From Callorhinchus milii (taxonomy: Eukaryota): a DNA stretch of 64,000 nt. Positions 62,961-64,000 of the stretch are shown here, in pieces. A program made the translations under genes and the position numbers. Every line of letters starts with the position of its first letter. Position 1 is the first letter of the stretch. The stretch spans positions 108,502,001-108,566,000 of the forward strand of contig NW_024704743.1 of the NCBI RefSeq assembly GCF_018977255.1, written 5' to 3'. The notes under the pieces were generated by a model. That model worked only from the letters and a program-made list of their open reading frames with translations, was not told the DNA's origin and searched no databases.

Positions 62961-64000
62961 AAACCTGTACTGTATTTAAGTGTCAGTCTGGCTCAGTTGG
63001 CAGCATCCTTGCCTTTGGGTCAGAAGGTTGTGGGTTTGATCCAGGGGTTGGATGAGCGACATTCTGCTGCCCTCACTGAAGGTTGGTTTACATCCTCAAA
63101 GGACAATTGTATTTATATAGTGCCCTTCATGCAGAATAAGTGTCTCAGAGTACTGTTCAGTGGCGGGGTTGGAGAGGTGAAACATAGTTTTCTGAAAGCC
63201 AATGGGTATCGAAGAACCAGAATTCCTCACAGTCATTACTTTTAAGACAAATGTCGTAAAATTGAAAGTTATTGCAATTTTAGAAAATTATTAAATTGAA
63301 TGTTAATTTGAAAAACGTTTTCTCATTGTTCTTAAAATTTTAGGCCTCTAATGTTACAACACAGTAGACTTGTTAAGCTTATGTTATTCTCTGTGCACCA
63401 AAATATATTCAGAACAAAACCATAAATTGTTACAGTGCAAGATCTAAGATTAAGTGTGGAAGGTAAGGTCTGATAGGTATGGATTACAGTATTTGTTTGG
63501 TGCTGTATGGGCAGAACTAAAAATTGGAACTGATGACTTCCAAGAAAAGCAACAAAATTACTGTCTTTCAAGGGTATTCAACATTTGCCAGTTGCAAACT
63601 ACGTAAATCAAAGTGCTTGTATCAGCCCATTACTTGCAGTGAATGGTCGCAGCAGTGGGATGCCCAACTTCCCTGTAGCAGACAAAAAAATGTCCTGAGT
63701 AGTGGATAATTGTTCAGTTCACCCTCCTGATGTGCTCTGACAGTGGATTAAATTTGTACTTCTTTCCTCAAACACAACATCGCTAATTCAGCTCAAGACT
63801 GAGGGTGCAAAGGAGGGGGAGGGGAGGGGGATAGTTTGATACATTGCCTAAAAGCTCATGGAACGATGGCAGAGCTGATTGATAATAGGGAAGGACCAGC
63901 CGCACTCTGTAGGCATGAAGGGATCATATTGGATGTGATTTGCTTCTTTGTTCACACACAGGCCAATGTTCAGGCTCCTATTGTTGTCAACTGCTATGCA

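Overview
AT-rich vertebrate non-coding DNA (large intron or gene desert). The repeat content (Deu-domain SINEs with L2-type tails, L2 and CR1 LINE 3' fragments) points to a cartilaginous fish, most likely a holocephalan such as Callorhinchus; this is an inference from remembered repeat consensus sequences, not a search result. I found no intact protein-coding gene, no confidently recognisable host exon, no rRNA, no bona fide tRNA gene and no CRISPR array. The only ORFs with recognisable protein similarity are decayed transposon remnants: L2 reverse transcriptase, the CR1 ORF2 C-terminus and a Harbinger DDE transposase. Also present: a very young tRNA-Ala-headed SINE subfamily including an inverted/tandem triplet at 58 kb, older full Deu-domain SINEs, AmnSINE2-like relics, two palindromic MITE families, two small hAT-type elements with near-intact 8-bp TSDs, many nested insertions, two local duplications, and repeat-poor, motif-dense blocks that are candidate enhancers. 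I did not find a convincing previously undescribed biological system; the best leads are possibly uncatalogued TE families and candidate regulatory elements. Boundaries of degraded repeats are approximate (about 10-30 bp).
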